Assembly (NCBI GenBank): GCA_947166445.1
Contig: CAMVED010000003.1
Span: 589-64,588 of the forward strand
Direction of reading: 5' to 3'
DNA length: 64,000 nucleotides
Source of the DNA: an uncultured Mycoplasmatota bacterium
GTDB taxonomy: Bacteria; Bacillota_I; Bacilli_A; RF39; UBA660
Positions 44,814-52,872 of this stretch are shown here, one piece after another. The first letter of the stretch is position 1, and each line of letters begins with the position of its first letter. The translations under genes were made by a program, and so were the position numbers. Under the pieces are notes generated by a model. It made no database searches. It worked only from the letters and a program-made list of their open reading frames with translations, and had not been told where the DNA came from.

Positions 44814-46423
44814 TATTCTTCCTCACTTTCTAACGATTGAATAATATTTAAATTATAATTGTCAACATCATATTTACATTTATCTAATAAAATTTCAGGA
44901 ATTTTTCTTATAACAATATTTTTATATTTCTTCACAATATTGGTGTCATATGAAGTACAAGCAATTATTAAAAATTCATTTTCTTTCATGCTTTGATATA
45001 TACTATCTAACAGGTTTTCATTAACAAAATTTGTAGTTGTATATAAATAACTATTTTCTGTCCCTATGGATTGTTTCCAAAATATTTCAGGAGAAGGATT
45101 ATAAGTATAATTCTCATGAAGAGCAACTGCAGAAGCAAGCATCTCAGCATTATATTGTTTATTGATAACTTGAATTCCAAAACAATCTTCTTTTATTAGA
45201 GTTGGCGCTAGTTCATAGAATTTGTAGCCTCCGCCACCTTTCCAATTTACAAGTTCACTTATACCCTTCGTATCTTTTCCAGTAATAACATCATTTATTC
45301 TAGGAATACAATGTGTATAACAATGATCTCTCATTTCTATTCCTATCCATTTTCTATTCATTTTGTGTGCTACCGCACATGTAGAACCACTTCCTAAAAA
45401 AGAATCTAAAACATAATCACCTTCATCTGTAGACATACTTATAACTCTTTTAATTAATCTCTCAGGTTTTTTCCCAGCCTTAAAATCACCATTTCCTTCT
45501 TGAAATAAGTTGTTAAATCCAATATCTGTCCATAAGTCACACACCAATCTAGCAAGCACAAATCCATCATTCGTTTCTTTGATACTATTGTCAATTAATT
45601 GAACCTGTCTACCTTTATATGCAAAATAACCTGGCATTTCATCAATTGGCACAACACAATCTTTGTTATATTTTTCAACATCTTTAATTCTTGCTAATCC
45701 GACCGGCTGAAAAATTCTATTTTTATTTTCATAAACCCATTTATTAAATGCATTATTATTAATATCTGCAATAAGATTTTTTTCTTTTAAAACATCACTA
45801 ATCGAAACCACTTCACAAGATGATAAATCATTTAGATTTCCTTTTATATACTTATTGTAATGAGAATCCCATGAATCAGCCTTAATATATTCTCGATTAA
45901 ATCTTACACATTCTCTTTTTTTAGAATATACAAGAATATATTCTTTCTCTTTTAATATTTTTTTCTCTGCATGTTGAATTTTAACGCCATTAGGTGGACT
46001 GACTTTTATTGAGATTGTGTTAATAAAATTATTTCTACCAAAAATTTCATCGCAAAGAACCTTTAAGTATGCCATCTCTCCATCATCAATTTGAATCCAT
46101 ATTAATCCATCATCAGTCAACAATTCTCTTAAAAGTTCAAGTCTTTGTCTCATTAAATTTAACCAAATTGAATGTTCTAAATTATCATCATAATGTTCAA
46201 ATGCACTACCAGTATTATACGGAGGATCAATGTAAATACATTTGATTTTGCCTGTAAAATCTTTTTGCAATGCTTTAAGTGCTAGCAAGTTATCTCCATG
46301 TATCAACTTATTATCAGTATTACTATCACCAAAAGATTTCGACTTTTCTTCCAATAATATTCTTGGTTCTATTGATTCTCTTTTTTCTTTTCCAATCCAC
46401 ATAAGTTCTAATTTGTTCTTCAT
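44813..46423 (-). CDS. mod: Type III DNA methyltransferase, Mod subunit (beta-class N6-adenine)
   Basis: IYIDPPYNTGS (motif IV) precedes DSFLGSGSTC (motif I). Start moved to M9 (GAGGGTGG RBS). Confidence 0.85.
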   Translation of the reverse strand: MKNKLELMWIGKEKRESIEPRILLEEKSKSFGDSNTDNKLIHGDNLLALKALQKDFTGKIKCIYIDPPYNTGSAFEHYDDNLEHSIWLNLMRQRLELLRELLTDDGLIWIQIDDGEMAYLKVLCDEIFGRNNFINTISIKVSPPNGVKIQHAEKKILKEKEYILVYSKKRECVRFNREYIKADSWDSHYNKYIKGNLNDLSSCEVVSISDVLKEKNLIADINNNAFNKWVYENKNRIFQPVGLARIKDVEKYNKDCVVPIDEMPGYFAYKGRQVQLIDNSIKETNDGFVLARLVCDLWTDIGFNNLFQEGNGDFKAGKKPERLIKRVISMSTDEGDYVLDSFLGSGSTCAVAHKMNRKWIGIEMRDHCYTHCIPRINDVITGKDTKGISELVNWKGGGGYKFYELAPTLIKEDCFGIQVINKQYNAEMLASAVALHENYTYNPSPEIFWKQSIGTENSYLYTTTNFVNENLLDSIYQSMKENEFLIIACTSYDTNIVKKYKNIVIRKIPEILLDKCKYDVDNYNLNIIQSLESEEE

Positions 46424-46572
46424 ATTACCACCCTCATCGCTTAGCAATTCTCTTAACTAAAATTATATCACAAAAATGCAGTTTTTTATTACATATACAC
46501 ATTAATTATTAAAAATTGTTTAAATCTTGCATTATTTTTAATTTAGAGTAATTAATACATACGGAGGTGTTT

Positions 46573-46896
46573 ATGTTAAGGAAATGTACTGATGAAGATA
46601 TAAGTGATGAGGAATGTGAAAAGGTTATTGATCCTTTTTATGATAACTATGATAGTTATTTGGAAGAATATGTTATTCCTGAAGTTATAGCATTTTATAT
46701 TGCTAGTTCTTTTTATAGAAATGCTATGTGGGAAGCAACTTTTGAACAACATTTTAATTCTGCTTTTGATACATTTAATCTGATGTGTAAAAATTATAAA
46801 AAAATGAAAGCTGAGGTTATTAAATTACTCAGATTAAAATATTCTTTAGAAATTATCAACGAGGATCCTTTAGACTTCAAAATAATTGAGTATTAG
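46573..46896 (+). CDS. Conserved island protein (paralog of 36025-36348)
   Basis: GGAGGTG RBS. High similarity to the island A copy. Same position, divergent from the RM methylase gene. Confidence 0.65.
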   Translation: MLRKCTDEDISDEECEKVIDPFYDNYDSYLEEYVIPEVIAFYIASSFYRNAMWEATFEQHFNSAFDTFNLMCKNYKKMKAEVIKLLRLKYSLEIINEDPLDFKIIEY

Positions 46897-46950
46897 TGAT
46901 TACTAATCTCTTTTTTTTATTGTAGTAGTAATACAATAAAAATATATATT

Positions 46951-46999
46951 CTTTTCTTATTCTTTCCTTATCCTTATCCTTATTCTTATCCTTATCCTA
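46951..46999. repeat. Tandem hexamer array (CTTATC/CTTATT-type, about 8 units)
   Basis: CTTTTCTTATTCTTTCCTTATCCTTATCCTTATTCTTATCCTTATCC, read directly. Confidence 0.75.
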
Positions 47000-47008
47000 G
47001 GAGGTCAT

Positions 47009-47090
47009 TGATTATTATTTGATTTCAATTTGATTATATTTTGATTTTTGTTTGATTTGTTTTTGATTTTGTTTTGGTTGATAAATGATT
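47009..47090. repeat. Iteron-like array: TGATT repeated with strict 11-bp phasing (8 positions, one degenerate)
   Basis: TGATT occurs at 47009, 47020, 47031, 47042, 47053, 47064 and 47086, with TGGTT at 47075. Candidate replication origin. Confidence 0.7.
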
Positions 47091-47195
47091 TATTTTCCAA
47101 AAAACTCACGGAAAATATAAATTTGTGTGAATTTAGGTGGCAGATCGGTGTTGATTTTTTTACCAAATAAAAAGAGCTATCCCCCGGGGGATGCT
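47088..47195. repeat. Conserved non-coding block (copy B), ending in the palindrome ATCCCCCGGGGGAT terminator
   Basis: Aligns with 36697-36805. The hairpin plus T-run on the minus strand follows the rep-remnant stop. Confidence 0.7.
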
Positions 47196-47499
47196 AAAAT
47201 GGAAAGTCAATGTTGTGGTAATTCACTTCATATTCATCATTCAAACATTCATTCTTAACCCAATTAGAACCGTATTTTATATGAATATCAGGAGTGTCAT
47301 CATTTTTTAAAAATTCTATATAATTATCCAAGCCTTGTTCTATAATTTCAAACGATTCTCCATTTTTTATTGCTTGATTATAATAATATAAAGCTTCTTT
47401 TTTACCAACTCTTTTAGGATATTTATCCCATAATAGTTCAAACTGATTTATTGTTTTTGGATCAATGTCAGAAACATCAAAAGTGCTACACAACCTCAT
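47194..47499 (-). pseudogene. Probable remnant of a phage replication-associated gene (C-terminal domain only)
   Basis: It retains FELLWDKYPKRVGKKEALYYYNQAI... There is no convincing RBS. The 5' part of the track ORF (47500-47559) runs into DNA homologous to the non-coding int leader of island A. Confidence 0.4.
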
Positions 47500-47711
47500 A
47501 AGGCTATAAGAGTTTCTAAAAATATATAAAAAAAATCTCGTACTGGAATACGGGATCAATCAGAAATACCGTTTTGTTAGAGTCTGAAAAACTTTAAACA
47601 AATAAACATTATATAAATACAATGTAATGGGATTTCCTAAATTAATTATACCATTTTTATATAATATTACAAGTTTTTAACGGTATTTCCTTTGTAGAAA
47701 GGAATTTTTAT

Positions 47712-48836
47712 ATGGATGTGTATAAAGATAATAGGCCTACCAAAGATGGTAAGATATGGTTTTATAAGACTCAATATGAAGATATTGATGGTACTCATAA
47801 GATTAAAAAATTAGGTAGATATGCAACTAAAAAAGAAGCAGAAGATGCTGAATTTGAATTTAAATTAAAACTAAGAGAATATGAGAATACTAATAATGTG
47901 ACTTTTGAAGAAATGATTAGGATGTTTATTGATTTTAGAAAAGATAAAGTTAAGGAAAATACGTTATATGGTTATAACAATAAATTACCTTATTTAAAAT
48001 CACTATATAAAGTTAAGCTTAAAGATTTTAACTACCCTACTTTTGAAAGATGGCATGATGAAATAAATAGTACTCATCTTGCTACAAGAACTAAAAATGA
48101 CATTTATAAATTATTAAAAACTATTTTGAATTATGCTACTGCTTGGCATGAGTTTAACTTTGCTAAGGTATATCCTAAAATGTATAACTTTAATGATCCG
48201 AATGAATTTCCAAAAGAACAATTATTTTTTACTTATGAAGAATTTAAGCAATTTCTTTCTGTTGAAACTGATATCAAATGGATTGGTATTTTTGAAATAT
48301 TATACTATTGTGGATTAAGACGTGGTGAGCTTAGAGGATTACAATGGAAAGATATCAATTTTAAAGATAGAACTTTAAGTATATCTAAGCAAATTAATGA
48401 TCGTTGTGGATCCGTTAAAAATTGGCGATTCTCGGTTCCAAAAACTAAAAGTAGTATAAGAATATTAAAGATGCCACAATTCCTTACAAACGACCTTAAA
48501 ATGATGAAAAACGAGGCAGAAAAGATACCTGGATTTAATGATAACTTCTTTATAGCTGGAGATATGCTTCCTGTATGTAGTAATACACTTACTAATCATA
48601 AAAATGTTAATTGTAAATTAGCTAATGTTAAGCAAATTAGATTACACGATTTTAGACATTCATGTGCATCTCTTTTAGTTAATAAAGGAGCTAATGTTCA
48701 AGTAGTAGCAAAATACTTAGGTCATACAAAAGTTGAAGAAACTCTAAAGACTTATTCACACCTATTTACAAGCACTTTAGATGAAGTAGTTGCTGTAATA
48801 GATAATTTAGATAATAATAAAACCGATGATGTTTAG
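47712..48836 (+). CDS. int: Tyrosine recombinase (phage integrase family), island B
   Basis: Homologous along its length to 39183-40298. HDFRHSCASLL and LGHTKVEETLKTYSHLF. Confidence 0.9.
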   Translation: MDVYKDNRPTKDGKIWFYKTQYEDIDGTHKIKKLGRYATKKEAEDAEFEFKLKLREYENTNNVTFEEMIRMFIDFRKDKVKENTLYGYNNKLPYLKSLYKVKLKDFNYPTFERWHDEINSTHLATRTKNDIYKLLKTILNYATAWHEFNFAKVYPKMYNFNDPNEFPKEQLFFTYEEFKQFLSVETDIKWIGIFEILYYCGLRRGELRGLQWKDINFKDRTLSISKQINDRCGSVKNWRFSVPKTKSSIRILKMPQFLTNDLKMMKNEAEKIPGFNDNFFIAGDMLPVCSNTLTNHKNVNCKLANVKQIRLHDFRHSCASLLVNKGANVQVVAKYLGHTKVEETLKTYSHLFTSTLDEVVAVIDNLDNNKTDDV

Positions 48837-48850
48837 TCACCGGTTATTTT

Positions 48851-50746
48851 TTATAGTAATTCAAGTTTTTCAGATAATACACTCTCTAGATAATTTACAG
48901 CTTCCTTTTTTGTAACACCATACTTATCTTTTTCCAATTTAGAAATACCATTAATAAGTTCTTCAAATGCTTCTCTATCGCTGTCATAATATTCTTTTAT
49001 ATTTCCAAAACTATACATTCTATCTATGCAATACTTAAAATGATATATATTTCTATTATTGCTTTTATCAATATTATTTATTATCTTTCCGATATTTAAT
49101 TTTGATAAAAATCCTTTACCATTAAAAAAGTAATTGTAATTCTCACTTTCATGGATATAATTATATAATTTAATTCCCCAATCATCATCATTTAATATAT
49201 TTTCAACAGAATCATTATTAATGATAGTATTCTTATTTTTACTTGCTATTTTTAATCTTTCTATATTCTTATTATAAATATTTAATACTTTCTCATTTCT
49301 AATTATTTGATCATAATTTATGTAGTATTTTCTATCGAGGTTCTTATCTATTTTGTCTTCCATAATAGTTATTATTTCATCAATAAGTTTAGGTTCAAAA
49401 TTTAAATTTTGTAATGCTGATAAAGTTACTACTATTTTTGGAAAAATACTACACGGATATAAATCATCATTTAATTCATCTTTTAATGCATTTAATAATT
49501 CACGCAGTTTATCATCTTCTAATTCCCAATAACACTTTAATTCAGAAAATGCATTATCGGAATTTTCAAAATCATTTTCATTACTATTAACATATTCATC
49601 TATAGTACTCTCTATTTCTTTTACATCTATATTTTTATTTAAAATATAATCATCAACAAATTTAAATGCTAAAAAGTACATAAAAGTACTCTGATGTTCA
49701 TCATCACCAAAACAAGTTGTTTGATATTTTATACCACCTGACCAATTCAACATTTTATTGCCTGCTTTAATATTGATAACGTCAATAATGAAATTAATAT
49801 AAATTTTTGAATACATTTCTTTTTCTAATTTTAAATTTGCTTTCTTTATTTTTAAATATAACTCATAGAAATCTTCAAATATACATTTTACTGTTCTTAG
49901 ATTTCCACAAGTATATAAGTTTATTTCATTCATCAATGTTTTTTTATGTTCTTTTAAAAACAAATAATAAGCATTATCATATTTATAAATATCTATTAAT
50001 TTATCGATTATTGTATCCAAATTAGGAATATACTTATAAGTTTTACCAATAAGCTTTTCTTTAATAAGCCTATAGTTATAGTTCATTTCATATAAACGAT
50101 CTACTCTTTCTTTAATAATAGAAATACTTGGTACTGTAGTATCAACTTTTTTTCCAAAAAAATCTTTCTTTTCTGGATCTTCATAATTAATATTTGATTG
50201 CATTGTAGATAAAAGTTTCAATTCATAATTTTTATTAAAATCTATTTTGCCAACTTCATTTTCATTAGCTATTATAATTACTTTAATTCCATGATGTTCA
50301 ACAAATGAATTAATGTATGCTAAACACATATTAATATCTAAATTTGCTCTTTCTAAATCATCAAATATTAGTACATAATTTTTCAAATTACTATTTTCAT
50401 TAAGTGTTCCAAATATTTCTGAATAATTCAAGTCTGGTTTTATTATTTTTATTACACTTAAGCCAAGCGAAGCTATTTTAGAATATTTACCAGTGATTTG
50501 TAAATATATTTGTGCAGAAACAGAATCTAAAGAGTCTACACCGTATAGTGATATATATAAAGGCTTTTTGTTTTTTAAAGTTGGCTTATTACCATTATTT
50601 GCAATATCTTCATTTAATTTTGGAATCAGTTCTTCTTTTATAAAATATGTTTTACCGGATCCCCATTCTCCATCTATTAATACTGCATAATTAATTCTAT
50701 CGTTCTTAATATATTTTTTTAGTTCTTCTATCAATTCTACATTCAT
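48851..50746 (-). CDS. KAP-family P-loop NTPase
   Basis: IDGEWGSGKTYF Walker A and LIFDDLER Walker B, with a long helical C-terminal region. Confidence 0.75.
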   Translation of the reverse strand: MNVELIEELKKYIKNDRINYAVLIDGEWGSGKTYFIKEELIPKLNEDIANNGNKPTLKNKKPLYISLYGVDSLDSVSAQIYLQITGKYSKIASLGLSVIKIIKPDLNYSEIFGTLNENSNLKNYVLIFDDLERANLDINMCLAYINSFVEHHGIKVIIIANENEVGKIDFNKNYELKLLSTMQSNINYEDPEKKDFFGKKVDTTVPSISIIKERVDRLYEMNYNYRLIKEKLIGKTYKYIPNLDTIIDKLIDIYKYDNAYYLFLKEHKKTLMNEINLYTCGNLRTVKCIFEDFYELYLKIKKANLKLEKEMYSKIYINFIIDVINIKAGNKMLNWSGGIKYQTTCFGDDEHQSTFMYFLAFKFVDDYILNKNIDVKEIESTIDEYVNSNENDFENSDNAFSELKCYWELEDDKLRELLNALKDELNDDLYPCSIFPKIVVTLSALQNLNFEPKLIDEIITIMEDKIDKNLDRKYYINYDQIIRNEKVLNIYNKNIERLKIASKNKNTIINNDSVENILNDDDWGIKLYNYIHESENYNYFFNGKGFLSKLNIGKIINNIDKSNNRNIYHFKYCIDRMYSFGNIKEYYDSDREAFEELINGISKLEKDKYGVTKKEAVNYLESVLSEKLELL

Positions 50747-50760
50747 AATATCCTCCTTAT

Positions 50761-50794
50761 AAAAGAAAAAATTCTATACTATAATTGTATAGAA
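50761..50794 (-). terminator. Rho-independent terminator of the Fic operon
   Basis: The minus strand reads TTCTATAC-AATTATA-GTATAGAA followed by TTTTTTCTTTT, just upstream of the KAP gene RBS. Confidence 0.55.
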
Positions 50795-50860
50795 CTTTAT
50801 GATTCAATTATACTACTTTATTTTTTAATTGTCTGCAATAATCATGCAATTTTAATAAAA

Positions 50861-50882
50861 CTTGTTTCCAAGTTGTTCCCAA
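50861..50882 (+). repeat. Tandem 11-mers CTTGTTTCCAA / GTTGTTCCCAA (candidate arm-type sites)
   Basis: Matches 41449-41470. Lies about 80 bp left of the degenerate core CAAGGGGG (50964-50971). Confidence 0.45.
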
Positions 50883-51034
50883 GAATTATTTATTATTACC
50901 CATATGCTCGTAAGTCCTTATAAATACTGGCTTAAATTAATTTCAATTTTTTGTTGGATGTGGCAAGGGGGAAAAGAGCAAATTTTATAATTATTTTTGT
51001 GTAAACTATTTACACGAAAAAAGAAGATTATTAT

Positions 51035-51283
51035 TTAATCTTCTCCCTTTTCATATAAATCATCATCTTCTAGTTCATCCTCTTCTTCCTCTAATTGATA
51101 TGGTTCATATCCTTCTACTTTTGTTTCTTCTCCTGAACCCCAAAAATCATATTTAGTTTTATTTGTATTAGAGTCTCCTAATAAATCATTAACATCTGTT
51201 AAAAACTTATTTAATTTCATTTTTCTTTGAATCTTCTTTTCTAATTTTTCTATCTTTCTTTGTTCTTTTTCTTCTCTAGTCAT
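51035..51283 (-). CDS. Small protein with basic N-terminus and highly acidic C-terminus
   Basis: Start moved to MTREEKEQ. C-terminus LEEEEDELEDDDLYEKGED. Follows the DUF3592-like gene. Confidence 0.45.
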   Translation of the reverse strand: MTREEKEQRKIEKLEKKIQRKMKLNKFLTDVNDLLGDSNTNKTKYDFWGSGEETKVEGYEPYQLEEEEDELEDDDLYEKGED

Positions 51284-51296
51284 ATTATCACCTATA

Positions 51297-51758
51297 TTAA
51301 TCACTCTTCATAGCGCTTTTAAATCCTTTATAAAAACCAATTAAATTCATACTAGATAGTACTAAAAGCATAGTTCCAAAAAGAAACGAAGGAACTGTTG
51401 ATTGTTTTGAACCAATATCAAACTGTTTATAGTTCTTAGGATTATAACTAATCTTTTGTGTACTTCCTATTATGATTTCATTGCTATTAGTTGTTGGAAA
51501 TCCATTTGCTCTTACAATTTGCCCATTATAATTATATTCATAAACTGGTTTATATACATTTATTTCTCTATTATATTCAATATCTACTACAGTAGCTGTT
51601 GCATCTTTATAAGTTATTAAATGAACTGCAGATACAAGATTAGCTACTGTCATAAGAACTCCTATTAAAAAAGCAATTATTAGACCAATAATTTTTGGTG
51701 TCATTAACGTTGCCCCTACTCCAACAGCAACTTTTTTCACTACTTCTTCATTATCCAT
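51297..51758 (-). CDS. DUF3592-like membrane protein
   Basis: TM helix, then a roughly 80-aa beta-rich segment, then a TM helix, as in DUF3592. Confidence 0.55.
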   Translation of the reverse strand: MDNEEVVKKVAVGVGATLMTPKIIGLIIAFLIGVLMTVANLVSAVHLITYKDATATVVDIEYNREINVYKPVYEYNYNGQIVRANGFPTTNSNEIIIGSTQKISYNPKNYKQFDIGSKQSTVPSFLFGTMLLVLSSMNLIGFYKGFKSAMKSD

Positions 51759-51843
51759 ACTATATACTCCTTTTTATAATATCAATTCTTTTTATCATTA
51801 TAACATATTTATAAAAAAAGCGACACTCGTAGGTGCCTATTTT

Positions 51844-52686
51844 TTATTTATTAACTAGTTCTTTAACTATTAAATCTTCTGAATGTAGATTATTAGTTTT
51901 TCCTAATAATAAATTTTCATAAAATTTAACAAGATATTTAGAATCTGTTTTAATATTTAAATCACTATTAGAATAATTACTTCTCACTAAAGCATTTCTA
52001 AAATAAACTGATTTATCTTTAAATAATGTATTATCTACTTCATAGCCTAAGCTTCTTAAATATTTTTCTATAAATACAGCAGTTGTTCTAGTATTTCCTT
52101 CTCTAAAAGGATGTACTTGCCATATTCTTGATGTAAAATCTGTAATACTACTTATTATATCTACTATATTCATATTTTTATAATCTTTATCTTTTTCTAA
52201 TCTTAAATCATATTCTAAAGAATCTTCTATCACTTTATAATCTGTATAAGGTACTGAATCTCCATTTAATATTATTTCATGTTTTGAAAAGTTTCTATCT
52301 CTTAATGTTCCTGCGAAATCATATATATCTTTAAATAAAAATTTGTGAATATCTTTTATACAATTAACAGATAACTCAAAATAATCATTTTGTAAAAATT
52401 CTACTATTCTAGTAGAAACAAGATCACACTCAAATTCATCCATGTTTATACTTTGTTTTTTATTTTTTTCTATGTAATAGTTTCTTAATTCTTGTTCTAC
52501 TTCTTTTATTGTTTTTTTACCAATTATATTTTCTTCAGTAAGATTTTCTAAATATTTAGAGGGCTTTAAGTTGTCTACTTTTTGAAGTCCAATAGCCATA
52601 TCCCAATATGTTTGTCTTTTATAACTTTCAGTTTCTTCTTTTATAATATATTCATTTACACTAGAATCATAATACTCTTCGCTCAT
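51844..52686 (-). CDS. Fic family protein (AMPylase-type fold)
   Basis: Fic motif HPFREGNTRT. Confidence 0.85.
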   Translation of the reverse strand: MSEEYYDSSVNEYIIKEETESYKRQTYWDMAIGLQKVDNLKPSKYLENLTEENIIGKKTIKEVEQELRNYYIEKNKKQSINMDEFECDLVSTRIVEFLQNDYFELSVNCIKDIHKFLFKDIYDFAGTLRDRNFSKHEIILNGDSVPYTDYKVIEDSLEYDLRLEKDKDYKNMNIVDIISSITDFTSRIWQVHPFREGNTRTTAVFIEKYLRSLGYEVDNTLFKDKSVYFRNALVRSNYSNSDLNIKTDSKYLVKFYENLLLGKTNNLHSEDLIVKELVNK

Positions 52687-52712
52687 ACAAGTCCTCCATT
52701 TACATTATATAC

Positions 52713-52814
52713 AAAAAGTGATAGGCCTTTCGGCCTATCTTCAGGGGGTTTTGGTTGAATACCACTTTTTACCTTTGTTCGTAAAAAGTAGACAAGGTTT
52801 TTTACTTACCTTGT
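52713..52814 (-). ncRNA. Candidate small RNA or cis-leader (two hairpins, C-rich single strand, terminator) containing the island junction core
   Basis: Its own TTGACA-17-TATTAT promoter. Hairpins at 52792-52814 and 52765-52788. CAACCAAAACCCCCUGAAGA, then hairpin ATAGGCC-GAAA-GGCCTAT plus CACTTTTT. Not matched to any RNA family I know. Confidence 0.4.
52738..52748 (+). repeat. Island junction core TCTTCAGGGGG, copy 3 (putative attR, recG side)
   Basis: Exact 11-mer. Confidence 0.6.
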
Positions 52815-52820
52815 AATTTC

Positions 52821-52849
52821 ATAATAATATATTTTTTTTTGATTGTCAA
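52821..52849 (-). promoter_or_regulatory. Candidate sigma-A promoter (TTGACA-17 nt-TATTAT) of the RNA unit / Fic gene
   Basis: TTGACA is the complement of 52844-52849 and TATTAT the complement of 52821-52826, with a 17-nt spacer. Confidence 0.55.
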
Positions 52850-52872
52850 TCTTTTTTTATTTTGTTCTGTTT

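Larger units (their letters stand above)
41335..52748. mobile_element. Integrative island B (decayed relative of island A): membrane protein, type III RM, conserved 109-aa gene, ori-like repeats, rep remnant, integrase, KAP NTPase, Fic operon
   Basis: Bounded by core copies 2 and 3 and colinear with island A. It lacks the cro/cI module. A possible internal degenerate junction lies at 50964-50971. Confidence 0.5.

Noticed and set aside
44813-46423. Phase-variation simple-sequence repeat in the type III mod gene
   Set aside because: I scanned the coding sequence by eye for long homopolymers or tetra/pentanucleotide tracts of the kind known in phase-variable mod genes. None exceeded ordinary A/T runs.
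46951-47090. Possible CRISPR array, because of the regular short repeats
   Set aside because: The units are 6 bp and 11 bp with no unique spacers of CRISPR length. No cas genes are present, and the context fits an origin or iterons.
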